64,000 nucleotides of DNA, taken from positions 9,359 through 73,358 of the IMG/VR virus record IMGVR_UViG_3300040801_001158, one strand, 5' to 3'. Of the stretch, positions 38,331-47,396 are shown one piece after another. Both the position numbers and the translations under genes were made by a program. Under the pieces are notes generated by a model, which ran no database searches, was not told the origin of the DNA, and saw only the letters and a list, made by a program, of their open reading frames with translations. Source of the DNA: a virus (lineage: Duplodnaviria > Heunggongvirae > Uroviricota > Caudoviricetes). Numbering within the stretch: the first letter of the stretch is position 1; each line of letters starts with the position of its first letter.

Positions 38331-39470
38331 ATGTCTGTATTTACAAAAAGGACAGAATCTCATCTCTCATCAAATATGTTTTTTGGTGAGGGAGTTGACA
38401 TTGCCAGGTACGACCAAGTTAAGTATCCATCCCTTGAAAGGTTAACTTCTACCATGCTAGGATTTTTTTGGCGCCCAGAAGAAGTAGATATCACAAGAGA
38501 TAAATCAGATTTTGCAAAACTTTCTAATAGAGAAAAACACATCTTCACTGCGAATTTGAAAAGACAGATATTATTAGATAGTGTACAAGGTAGAGGTCCA
38601 ACTGAAACCTTTATGCCTATCGCTTCATTACCAGAAATAGAACCTTTAGTTCAAACTTGGGCGTTTATGGAGACAATACATTCAAGATCATACACTCATA
38701 TTATAAGAAATATCTACCCTAATCCTAGCGCAGTTTTTGACACAATGCTGGATATAAAAGAAATAGTTGACTGTTCTAACAGTATATCAAAGTACTATGA
38801 CGATTTTATTGAAGCGTGCAAATGGTATCAGCTATTAGGTGAAGGCCGATATAAAATTCTTAATAAAGTAACTCAAGAAGAAACATTTGTTAATGTAAAT
38901 CTTTACGAAATAAAAAAGAAATTGTGGTATGCACTCAATTCAATCAATGTATTAGAAGGTGTTCGGTTTTATGTTTCATTCGCATGTTCTTGGGCATTTG
39001 CTGAAAACAAGAAAATGGAAGGTAACTCTAAAATTATTAAGTTCATTGCACGTGATGAAAATGTGCACTTAGCTGCATCACAAACAATAATTAAACTTTT
39101 AGTGAAGGAAGATACTGACTTTGCAAAAATCGCAGAAGAATCAAAAGAAGACATTATTAACATGTTTATCGAAGCAGTAGATCAGGAACGAGATTGGGCA
39201 AAATATTTATTTAAAGATGGAAGTATCTTGGGTCTAAACGAAAATATTTTAGTGCAATATATTGAATGGATTGCTACGAGGCGTATGAGGACTTTAGGTT
39301 ATCAATCTCCTTATACGGTTCAACAAGCAAATCCATTACCGTGGACTGAAAAATATATTGGTGGTGGTAATGTGCAGGTAGCTCCACAAGAAACAGAAAT
39401 ATCTAGCTATGTTATTGGCGGAGTAAACCAAGATATGACTGATGATAAATTATCGGAACTATCTTTGTAA
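38331..39470 (+). CDS. nrdB: RNR class Ia beta subunit
   Basis: FFWRPEE, LDSVQ, ETIHSRSY, EGVRFYVSF, RDENVH. Confidence 0.97.
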   Translation: MSVFTKRTESHLSSNMFFGEGVDIARYDQVKYPSLERLTSTMLGFFWRPEEVDITRDKSDFAKLSNREKHIFTANLKRQILLDSVQGRGPTETFMPIASLPEIEPLVQTWAFMETIHSRSYTHIIRNIYPNPSAVFDTMLDIKEIVDCSNSISKYYDDFIEACKWYQLLGEGRYKILNKVTQEETFVNVNLYEIKKKLWYALNSINVLEGVRFYVSFACSWAFAENKKMEGNSKIIKFIARDENVHLAASQTIIKLLVKEDTDFAKIAEESKEDIINMFIEAVDQERDWAKYLFKDGSILGLNENILVQYIEWIATRRMRTLGYQSPYTVQQANPLPWTEKYIGGGNVQVAPQETEISSYVIGGVNQDMTDDKLSELSL

Positions 39471-39616
39471 TGGAAAAACCGATACTAAAAGAAGAGTCTG
39501 ATAACGAGATAAATTCTTGCTGTCAGACTTTATGTATTTCATCTGTAGTAAAAGAATATATAGAACAATTAGAACAAGAAATAAAAATACTAAAAGAGAG
39601 ATTAGGCGATGATTAA
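39470..39616 (+). CDS. Small coiled-coil hypothetical protein (48 aa)
   Basis: ATG overlaps the nrdB stop; KEYIEQLEQEIKILKE. Confidence 0.45.
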   Translation: MEKPILKEESDNEINSCCQTLCISSVVKEYIEQLEQEIKILKERLGDD

Positions 39617-39795
39617 TTTCAAGTCATCTATAACATAGAAAAACACCCGAGGTAAAGGTCTTACAATATTTGATATTGATGAGACATTATTTTAAACTAA
39701 AAGATAGTGAAGAGTATAATTATGGCGAATTTAGAGATGCTGATGTATTCGTAAACACATCTATTACTATAATGAAAATGATCGAAAAGGAAAGT
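39609..39795 (+). pseudogene. Decayed HAD-family hydrolase remnant
   Basis: MINFKSSIT*KNTRGKGLTIFDIDETLF*TK (DxDxT motif; stops at 39636 and 39693), then shifted EEYNYGEFRDADVF. Confidence 0.65.
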
Positions 39796-40239
39796 ATGAA
39801 AACACTATATGTAAGCAGACCATTAAAAAACGCAGAAGTTTTAATGGATTGGGCGGCTAAACAAGGTTTTAAGAAAACTATTGAGGAAGATCAATTCCAC
39901 GTGACGATTGCATTTTCAAGAGAAAAGATTGATTGGGATAAATTAGAACCACAAACTGAGATTATGACAGTCGCTGGTGGTAAGAGATTAGTTGAACCTC
40001 TCGGTGATGAAGGCGCAGTTGTACTTAAATTTAAATCTACATTTCTGCCTAAAAGATGGCAAGAAATAAAGGATGCCGGCGCAAGCTGGGATTATGAAGG
40101 TTATACTCCTCATGTTACAATTACATATAAAGGAACCGATATCGATCTATCAAAAGTTGAACCGTACACTGGTGAGTTAGTATTTGGCCAAGAGGTGTTT
40201 ACAGAACTTGACGAAAACTGGTCGGCGGATAAAGAATGA
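39796..40239 (+). CDS. acb1: Anti-CBASS 2H phosphodiesterase (Acb1/T4 57B-like)
   Basis: LYVSR, HVTIAFSR and YTPHVTITY twin HxT motifs, GASWDY, C-terminal NWS. Confidence 0.85.
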   Translation: MKTLYVSRPLKNAEVLMDWAAKQGFKKTIEEDQFHVTIAFSREKIDWDKLEPQTEIMTVAGGKRLVEPLGDEGAVVLKFKSTFLPKRWQEIKDAGASWDYEGYTPHVTITYKGTDIDLSKVEPYTGELVFGQEVFTELDENWSADKE

Positions 40240-40628
40240 ATATACGTAAAAAGTTATGGTTCGTAGCAGGAATATTTCTGCTAGGTTTAGCATATATTGG
40301 TGTTGTTATGCCAGGTATTCCTTTTAGTATTCCTTTAGTTGGGTCTGCATATTGTTTCGCAAAAAGTAGTGACAAGATGCATGCATGGCTATATAATCAT
40401 AAACACTTTGGACCTTTCCTTACAAATTTTAAAGAAAAGAAAATATTCCCAACGAAAGCAAAATATAGCATGATTATAATGATGTCAAGTAGTTTAGCAT
40501 TGATGTGGTTTATGACATATAATGTAATGGCTTGTTTCTGGGCTGCATTATTTATGGCAGCCGGGGCAATATGGGCCTGGCAATTGCCTGGATCCGAAGA
40601 AGAATGGAAAAAACGAAATAGGAAGTAA
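40236..40628 (+). CDS. ybaN: YbaN-family membrane protein
   Basis: LGLAYIGVVMPGIP...AYCFAKSS...WL.NH..FGP. Confidence 0.85.
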   Translation: MNIRKKLWFVAGIFLLGLAYIGVVMPGIPFSIPLVGSAYCFAKSSDKMHAWLYNHKHFGPFLTNFKEKKIFPTKAKYSMIIMMSSSLALMWFMTYNVMACFWAALFMAAGAIWAWQLPGSEEEWKKRNRK

Positions 40629-40630
40629 TT

Positions 40631-40936
40631 ATGAGTGATAAAAAGTACGTTATTATAGAAACAGTCGCAACATTTAAGATGCAATATGCAATACCGGTTG
40701 AAGATCTTAGTGATGAAGAACTTTCAGATAAAACCGCTATCGAATACGCAAGCGATTCTGTTGTATGTGAAGAAGTGAATGAAATTGGGCAATCTTATCT
40801 AGGCGAGCAAATTGTGAATAGCCTTATATTGAATAAAGAAGATACTTTAGCCAAATTTGATAAAGTGAATGAATACGCAAAAGACTGGGATGACGATAAA
40901 AAAATGAATTTGATAAATAAATGGAAGATTAAATAA
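40631..40936 (+). CDS. Hypothetical protein
   Basis: Open frame with RBS. Confidence 0.65.
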   Translation: MSDKKYVIIETVATFKMQYAIPVEDLSDEELSDKTAIEYASDSVVCEEVNEIGQSYLGEQIVNSLILNKEDTLAKFDKVNEYAKDWDDDKKMNLINKWKIK

Positions 40937-40959
40937 AATTAATAATTAAAGAGGAAATC

Positions 40960-41334
40960 ATGAAACTCATTCTTAAATTATCGGTTGTGGCCGCACTAAT
41001 ATTATTATCTATAATTTTCTTAGGTAGCTGTAGTGAAGATGGCAGCAGTGGAATAGCTGGTACACATGACTATAACAATAGAGAATTTATTATAACCGTG
41101 CATGTATACGATAGTGAAGCTCAACTAAATGAATCGTTAGCAGACTTATTTCCAAATGAACCAAGAGATGAACGCTTAGGCTTCGCGAAGTGGATTGTAA
41201 ATACCGATATGAGTAGAATGTATGGGTGCAATCTGTATGTTGTAAAACCACGCCACGCAAACGATAACGAGCAATTAGAAACGTGGGGGCACGAATTAGC
41301 TCATTGTGTATATGGAACGTTCCACGCAGAATAA
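40960..41334 (+). CDS. Lipoprotein with HExxH motif
   Basis: Signal peptide with LGSC lipobox; WGHELAHC. Confidence 0.65.
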   Translation: MKLILKLSVVAALILLSIIFLGSCSEDGSSGIAGTHDYNNREFIITVHVYDSEAQLNESLADLFPNEPRDERLGFAKWIVNTDMSRMYGCNLYVVKPRHANDNEQLETWGHELAHCVYGTFHAE

Positions 41335-41363
41335 TTTTATTAGAAGATAATCACAAATAACCA

Positions 41364-41392
41364 TTGACAGTTCTTTATGAATAGATTATAAT
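41364..41392 (+). promoter_or_regulatory. Sigma70-type early promoter
   Basis: TTGACA-17-TATAAT; further copies at 41859, 42442, 44572 (16-nt spacer) and 48346 (TACAAT). Confidence 0.8.
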
Positions 41393-41412
41393 AGATTTAT
41401 AAATTAATAAGC

Positions 41413-41862
41413 ATGCTACTATATATTATGGATTTTAAACCACTTCTCTCCCCCTACCAAATGCTTGAACTAGGTGTCTTTGATGGTACCTATTTCAAAG
41501 GTGATCATTCTGACTTCATAAACGAAGTTAAAGTTAAATCTACAAATCTTTTTAAAGAAAAAGCATCTCAACCAATGTCAGTTTGGTTGGAAAAAGGATG
41601 GATAACTGAAGAAGATCCTCTTGGATGGTTTCAATGGTATACTCGTTATTATCATGGCCGGCGCATTCCAAAATTAGACGATTGGCAAATAAAACGTTGG
41701 AGATCATTCACCGCAAGACACTCTGCACAAGTTAAGAAAAACGGTAACGGCGATCTTACAAAAAGACTAAAACAACGACAGGCTTTACTTCATTGGGGTT
41801 CAGATCCTATTCCTGATGTTGATATAGAAAATAAATTTAACTTTTTAAAAGAAAACTGTTGA
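41413..41862 (+). CDS. Conserved hypothetical protein
   Basis: LSP.QMLELGVF.G.YF, GWFQWY.RY..GRR, RQRQALLHW. Confidence 0.7.
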   Translation: MLLYIMDFKPLLSPYQMLELGVFDGTYFKGDHSDFINEVKVKSTNLFKEKASQPMSVWLEKGWITEEDPLGWFQWYTRYYHGRRIPKLDDWQIKRWRSFTARHSAQVKKNGNGDLTKRLKQRQALLHWGSDPIPDVDIENKFNFLKENC

Positions 41863-41917
41863 CATATCCTTATGATTAGATTATAATTATATCATAAATT
41901 GAGAAAAGGAATAAATT

Positions 41918-42121
41918 ATGATGAAAAATATTTTTAAAAAATTAACAGGAAACCGTGAAGTTACTAAATATGAAAACTGTATCGTCGTCAAGTGTGATGA
42001 TGAAATAGATAGAGAATTTCTGGCAATTGAAATTAACGAATTTTGTTATAAAAAAGATATCATTACTGATATGGTATTTAGTGATTTGGATAACACACTA
42101 ACTTTGGATTATACATTATGA
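41918..42121 (+). CDS. Hypothetical early protein
   Basis: Promoter plus AAGGA RBS. Confidence 0.6.
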   Translation: MMKNIFKKLTGNREVTKYENCIVVKCDDEIDREFLAIEINEFCYKKDIITDMVFSDLDNTLTLDYTL

Positions 42122-42438
42122 GAAATTTATATGATATGTGCTATGCGTTTAAGCGCATGTATGTTTACAAAAGACAAAACGTTCGTGTTGAATTTGACCA
42201 TCCTAACATGAGTAATCCTGAAGCCCGCCTCCAATATAAAGTTAAACTGTTTGGAATCATTCCATTCTGGAAAACTGTTTTCAACGATAATTACTGCGTC
42301 TGGGATAGACCAACCGCAATCGAAGATCCATTCGAGTATTCACGTAGAATGATGGTAAGGTATAAAACCCAAGTATATGCACGTTCACAATTGCGTAAAG
42401 TCAGACAAATGCAAATAAAGTTAAAAAACTCAAAATAA
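42118..42438 (+). CDS. Hypothetical early protein
   Basis: ATGA overlap with the previous gene. Confidence 0.6.
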   Translation: MRNLYDMCYAFKRMYVYKRQNVRVEFDHPNMSNPEARLQYKVKLFGIIPFWKTVFNDNYCVWDRPTAIEDPFEYSRRMMVRYKTQVYARSQLRKVRQMQIKLKNSK

Positions 42439-42500
42439 GTGTTGACATTTCGTTTCGATTATGTTATAATAGTCTTATCAAATGAGGAAAGGAAATAAAA

Positions 42501-42683
42501 ATGATCAGACAACTTCAGAAAGAAAAAGAAAGACTACTTGAAGAATATCATGCAAAAATTGCTTTGATTGATAATCAGATCGAAAATATACGCGAAGCTC
42601 GTGGTACTAAGCTTAAAGAAAAACCAATGACTGGTTACCATGAAACTGGTCGTGATAGAGTAAATCAAACTCCTTACGGATAA
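42501..42683 (+). CDS. Small coiled-coil hypothetical protein
   Basis: Promoter plus RBS. Confidence 0.6.
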   Translation: MIRQLQKEKERLLEEYHAKIALIDNQIENIREARGTKLKEKPMTGYHETGRDRVNQTPYG

Positions 42684-42770
42684 TTATATTATGAAAAATA
42701 TCTATGATGTGTACTATTTGTTTAAGGGCATGTACGTCTATAAAAGATTAAATGAAATAGGATTTTAATT

Positions 42771-43931
42771 ATGGATTTAAAAATGACAAATGCTGCCGAC
42801 TATGTAAAAGAATCAGCAGCTGCAGACTTCACCGACGTTATCGATGCTCTTAATGCAATTGGTACTGACGGCCTGACTGAAAGATACGGTATCAAAGTTT
42901 CTCAAAACGAAAACTACCCTAACCTATACGTGTTAAACTACCACCAAATTGATTCTGCTAAATTCAAGGATCACCCTGTTGTAGTTCAATGTCGTTCATT
43001 AGTTGTTGAATATGTTGATTTAGAATGGCGTATCGCATCTCGTGCGTTTGATCGTTTCTTCAACTACGGTGAAATGGCAAATGATGAATACGAAAACATT
43101 AACGAATTAATTGCTTATGAAAAAGTTGATGGTTCATTAGTCTCAGTATTCAATTATAATGGTGAATGGTTATATCGCACAAAGTCAATGTTGATGCCTG
43201 CTGCTGAAATGCAAATGACTTCAGGTCGCTCATGGAAAGAATTGATTGAGTCGACTATTAACCGTGATTGTCTTACAAATACTGACGCGACATATATCTT
43301 TGAAGTTGTTTCTCGTGACAATCGCGTAGTAACTCGTTATGATGGTGACCAAGCATACTTGTTAGCAATGCGCAACAATAAAAGTGGCAGATACGCATGT
43401 TACAAATCTCTTGCAAGAGTTGCTGCAATTTCACTTAAAGATATATTAATTCCACACATTTACAAGTTTAAAACAATGGAAGATTGCTTAAAATCTTCTA
43501 CTGAGTTGCCAAACCTTGAAGAAGGTTACGTGATGTATAACAAATTTGATGTTCCAGTTATGAAAATCAAATCACCTGCATATGTTGCTGCTCATCGTCT
43601 TCGTGGTGAATCTGTGTTAACTCCAAAGCGCATCTTAGAAATGTACCGCATTGGTGAAGATGCTGAATACCTTGCAATCTTCCCTGAAGATGCTGAAGCG
43701 TTTGGTGAAGTTGCTATTAGGTTTGAAGGAATGATTGATGATTTATCTTCTCTTTGGTATGACAAGTTTCAATATATCCAAGACCAAAAGGAATATGCGT
43801 TAGAAGTTATGAAGGACTGCAAACAATACCAAGGTTTCATGTTTCAAAAGAAAAAGAATCGCGATATGTCTTTTGTTGAAATGTCTGATAAATTGCCAAT
43901 CAACAAATTGGTTGAACTTTTGGGGTATTAG
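42771..43931 (+). CDS. rnlA: RNA ligase 1
   Basis: YEKVDGSL (motif I), FEVV, EEGYV, KIKSPAY. Confidence 0.88.
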   Translation: MDLKMTNAADYVKESAAADFTDVIDALNAIGTDGLTERYGIKVSQNENYPNLYVLNYHQIDSAKFKDHPVVVQCRSLVVEYVDLEWRIASRAFDRFFNYGEMANDEYENINELIAYEKVDGSLVSVFNYNGEWLYRTKSMLMPAAEMQMTSGRSWKELIESTINRDCLTNTDATYIFEVVSRDNRVVTRYDGDQAYLLAMRNNKSGRYACYKSLARVAAISLKDILIPHIYKFKTMEDCLKSSTELPNLEEGYVMYNKFDVPVMKIKSPAYVAAHRLRGESVLTPKRILEMYRIGEDAEYLAIFPEDAEAFGEVAIRFEGMIDDLSSLWYDKFQYIQDQKEYALEVMKDCKQYQGFMFQKKKNRDMSFVEMSDKLPINKLVELLGY

Positions 43932-43933
43932 AT

Positions 43934-44308
43934 ATGTGTATTCGTGAATATTATCACCACTTAGTAAATCCTGTAATTGATGAAATGAATAGAGATCTTA
44001 AACATATTAATACGAAAATCATAGTTAGGCATCATCATGTAATAGATAGGTTAATTGAGAGGAATATTCCACCAGTTGATGTTATGACGGCGTTAAACTT
44101 GATGTCTGAAAAATTATGTCAGTTAGTGTATTATACTAAATTGGATAGACCATTTTACTCTTTTGATATAAGAACAGCGTATATAATTTTGGCAGTTGGA
44201 TTTGAGTCTGGTGATGATTCTAGGTTTATTGTGAGAACTGTTCTTGATCCTGAAAAACATAATAAACACTCAGATGAAAAACATCACATAATTTCTTTCA
44301 CGAAATAA
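43934..44308 (+). CDS. Hypothetical protein
   Basis: Open frame; HVIDRLIER. Confidence 0.6.
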   Translation: MCIREYYHHLVNPVIDEMNRDLKHINTKIIVRHHHVIDRLIERNIPPVDVMTALNLMSEKLCQLVYYTKLDRPFYSFDIRTAYIILAVGFESGDDSRFIVRTVLDPEKHNKHSDEKHHIISFTK

Positions 44309-44629
44309 GGAGGCAAATATCATAAGAACTAAAAAACTGGGTAGGAGATCTTGTTAAGGTCTCCAACTCTTTAATTGATTTTTTAACAGAACAAGAATTA
44401 TTAGAAGCTAGATTTAGAGAAAACTTTTACCAACAATCTACTATAGATTTAAAAGAGTTATTTTATGAAAATGTCGGTGAAGAATATATTCTGTTATGTG
44501 ACACTGTTTGGAAAAAATAAAGCAACTGAAGATGATTGTTATGATATACAAATAATGAATAAAAATAATTGTTGACATTCTCTATAGATTTGTTATAATG
44601 GTATCACAAATTGAAAAGGAACATATATT

Positions 44630-44914
44630 ATGCAAAAGATACTTACTCCAATTCTCACAGAGACTTTAATTCAACAACTTGATGGTGCTGGTTATCATGA
44701 CAATGAAACAGAACATTATCCGCTTGTTGCCCAGCTTGATAATATCTTGTTATTTGTAGTTTATGACTTTCAAAACGACTCATGGATTGTAAGTAACTGG
44801 GATGTTTCAAAACAAGACTTTAGATATGACGCGTACGCTTACTGTGATACGTTTGAACAGGCACTTCTTGCTTTTACTAATACACATCAAGATTTATTAT
44901 TATCAGGTGAATAA
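44630..44914 (+). CDS. Hypothetical early protein
   Basis: Promoter plus RBS. Confidence 0.6.
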   Translation: MQKILTPILTETLIQQLDGAGYHDNETEHYPLVAQLDNILLFVVYDFQNDSWIVSNWDVSKQDFRYDAYAYCDTFEQALLAFTNTHQDLLLSGE

Positions 44915-44919
44915 AAATA

Positions 44920-45342
44920 ATGACAATGCATATGATCCAGGGTGTGAACTCTCTCAATAAGAAAGTTCCTAAGGCACCTAAAAGAACAAAAGCTAACATG
45001 GCTAAATGGTCTAAAGATCGGGTGGATTACAACAGAAATCTTTCTAAAGCAGATAGAGTGACTTTAGAGGATTACATTAGTATCATACATGGTAAATTGC
45101 CGGTACAACAAAAGACTTCTAATGAACCAGAAGGTTCATACACATTTGAAACAAAAACTCCTCGTCGCGGCAGTGTAAATGATATTCCGTCGCATCAAGG
45201 AAAAGAATATTCTTGTATAAAGGTCGAGCCACAAAAATACACCGGTATATTAATTAAAGGAATCTCTCAGACACATAAAAGTAATGCAGTGCCTGTTATT
45301 AATGAACAAGAAATGAAAGATCACGCAAATATGAGGAGATGA
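44920..45342 (+). CDS. Conserved T4-like hypothetical protein
   Basis: YTGILIKGISQTHKSNAVPV motif. Confidence 0.7.
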   Translation: MTMHMIQGVNSLNKKVPKAPKRTKANMAKWSKDRVDYNRNLSKADRVTLEDYISIIHGKLPVQQKTSNEPEGSYTFETKTPRRGSVNDIPSHQGKEYSCIKVEPQKYTGILIKGISQTHKSNAVPVINEQEMKDHANMRR

Positions 45343-45495
45343 TTATGATAACCTTGTCAAAGATTGTTCAGTTTTTATCCATATTCAATAAACATGAACG
45401 GAGAACTAATTTGAACAGTAAGGACTACGGTAGGCAGTGTTGTGTTGATGAAGACTTCTATCACAACCCAATAGGTAAAAAAACTAAAAAGAGGA

Positions 45496-45807
45496 ATGTT
45501 AGAAATGGAAGTGTTAGTAGAAATATCTGATGAAAAATTGAATGAAGTAATCATTGAAGACTTAGAATGCCAAATGAAATATTCTGATGATGAATCGGTC
45601 GTAAAATCGTGCGAAATTCTTATTAGTTTTTATAAAAATGATCGTGTTGGTTTACAAGAACAAGAATCTTGTACAACTACCTCGCATCAAGATATTCGTG
45701 AAACTGATAGTATTAATGATTTAAGCCGACCTGACTATGATTCAGTTAATTGGCAGTATAACGCCAATGTAGAAAATAGTGTATTAACGGAATTCGGCAG
45801 ATTCTAA
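45496..45807 (+). CDS. Hypothetical acidic protein
   Basis: GAGG RBS, open frame. Confidence 0.55.
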   Translation: MLEMEVLVEISDEKLNEVIIEDLECQMKYSDDESVVKSCEILISFYKNDRVGLQEQESCTTTSHQDIRETDSINDLSRPDYDSVNWQYNANVENSVLTEFGRF

Positions 45808-45852
45808 TAACATTCTAATAAATACCTTATTATAATAGATGAGGTATTTAAT

Positions 45853-46401
45853 GTGGTTGTTGCTGGAATAGATTATAGTATGACAAGTCCTGCGATTTGT
45901 ATACATGATGGTGATGAATGGTATTACGATAATTGTAAGTTTTTCTATATCGTAAATAAAGAAAAATTGTTAATAGAAAAAGATCAATATAAAAGTTGTT
46001 TGTACCCTGAATGGGATACAAACATTCAGAGGTTTGATAATCTTGGTAGTTGGTCAATCAATATACTCACGAGTCATAATGTAGATGTTGTATATATTGA
46101 AGGGTATGCTTTCGGCGCTTCAGGTTTAGTTTTTAATATGGCAGAAAATGGTGGGATACTTAAACATAAAATATGGATGAGTGGAATTCCAATGGACGTG
46201 GTCCCACCAACAACAATTAAAAAATTCGCAACTGGAAAAGGTAATGCAAACAAAGAAAAGATGCATGCATCTTTTATTGAAGAAACTGGTGTTGATGTCA
46301 GAAAGGCAATTGACATTCCTAATAAATCTTGGAATCCTGTGTCAGATATCGTTGACGCGTATTATATAGCAAAGTATGCATTTGCGCAAAAGGTAAAATA
46401 A
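45853..46401 (+). CDS. RuvC-like nuclease/resolvase
   Basis: AGIDYS, IEGYAF, P.TIKKFATGKGNA.K, DIVDAY. Confidence 0.8.
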   Translation: MVVAGIDYSMTSPAICIHDGDEWYYDNCKFFYIVNKEKLLIEKDQYKSCLYPEWDTNIQRFDNLGSWSINILTSHNVDVVYIEGYAFGASGLVFNMAENGGILKHKIWMSGIPMDVVPPTTIKKFATGKGNANKEKMHASFIEETGVDVRKAIDIPNKSWNPVSDIVDAYYIAKYAFAQKVK

Positions 46402-46404
46402 ATT

Positions 46405-46746
46405 ATGAAAAGATACATGTACCAATTGAGTGATGAAGAAATACTTGAAAAGTTGTGTAAAATATTACCAAAACTGAAAGACACAATAGAATCGTACGGT
46501 TTAGAAATATTCAACGACTCACATAAAAATCCAACCTTGTTTTGTATCAACTTGATGAGAGAAGAATACATATCATACGAATACGAACCATATGACTTTT
46601 TAGGATGGAGTTATGGTTATTATGATATGGGCGAATTGGAAAAATCTGGAATATCTCTTGAAAGATTTAGAACTGACGATCATAGTCACAATAAAGCAAT
46701 CTGTATGGCCGTTGTCGCAAAACATACAAAGGCAAATGAAGTATGA
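46405..46746 (+). CDS. Hypothetical protein
   Basis: Open frame, coupled to the next gene. Confidence 0.55.
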   Translation: MKRYMYQLSDEEILEKLCKILPKLKDTIESYGLEIFNDSHKNPTLFCINLMREEYISYEYEPYDFLGWSYGYYDMGELEKSGISLERFRTDDHSHNKAICMAVVAKHTKANEV

Positions 46747-47396
46747 TAATACTGTTTAATGGACCGCCTGGATCTGGTAAAGATGATGCGTGCGAACTTT
46801 TAGAAAAATATAAATTTACACACCTATCCTTTAAACACGCGTTATATAAATCCGTATGTGAATTTTATAATGTTAACTATGACTGGTTTATGAAAGGTTA
46901 CGCTATTAGGGATATCAAAGAAAATAAAAGAGAACAATCCTTAGGTTGGAAAACCCGCCGTCAAGCAATGATATATGTTGCTGAAGAACACATTAAACCG
47001 ACTCACGGTAAAGGTTATTACGGAAGACAAGTAGCAAATCAGATAGATCCTACAAAAAACTATTGCATATCAGACCTCGGTTATGTTGAAGAACTTGAGG
47101 CAGTAGTAAATAAAGTTGGCGAAGAAAACGTAAAGGTAGTTCAAATCGAAAGAGAAGGGTATGATTTTGCATGCGATCGACGCAGATATGTTGGTAATGT
47201 AAACGCTGAAGTTCTTCCTGTGGTTTTTGACGTAAATAAAAGGCCAAAATATTATACGGAGTTTCTAGAAACCACTATGAATGTTGAGACATTTAAAATA
47301 TATAATAATAGTACATTAAAAAACTTTCATCGTAATGTACATTACATATTATTCATGTTATTAGAAGAAGGTAAAAATTATGAGTGTAGTATATAA
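46743..47396 (+). CDS. gp1: Deoxynucleoside monophosphate kinase
   Basis: NGPPGSGKD P-loop, SF...L, TRRQAM, ISDLG..EE. Confidence 0.8.
   Translation: MIILFNGPPGSGKDDACELLEKYKFTHLSFKHALYKSVCEFYNVNYDWFMKGYAIRDIKENKREQSLGWKTRRQAMIYVAEEHIKPTHGKGYYGRQVANQIDPTKNYCISDLGYVEELEAVVNKVGEENVKVVQIEREGYDFACDRRRYVGNVNAEVLPVVFDVNKRPKYYTEFLETTMNVETFKIYNNSTLKNFHRNVHYILFMLLEEGKNYECSI

Noticed and set aside
39670-39795. N-terminal extension of Acb1 as given in the ORF track
   Set aside because: It derives from the HAD remnant; the true start is more likely ATG 39796 with its own RBS.
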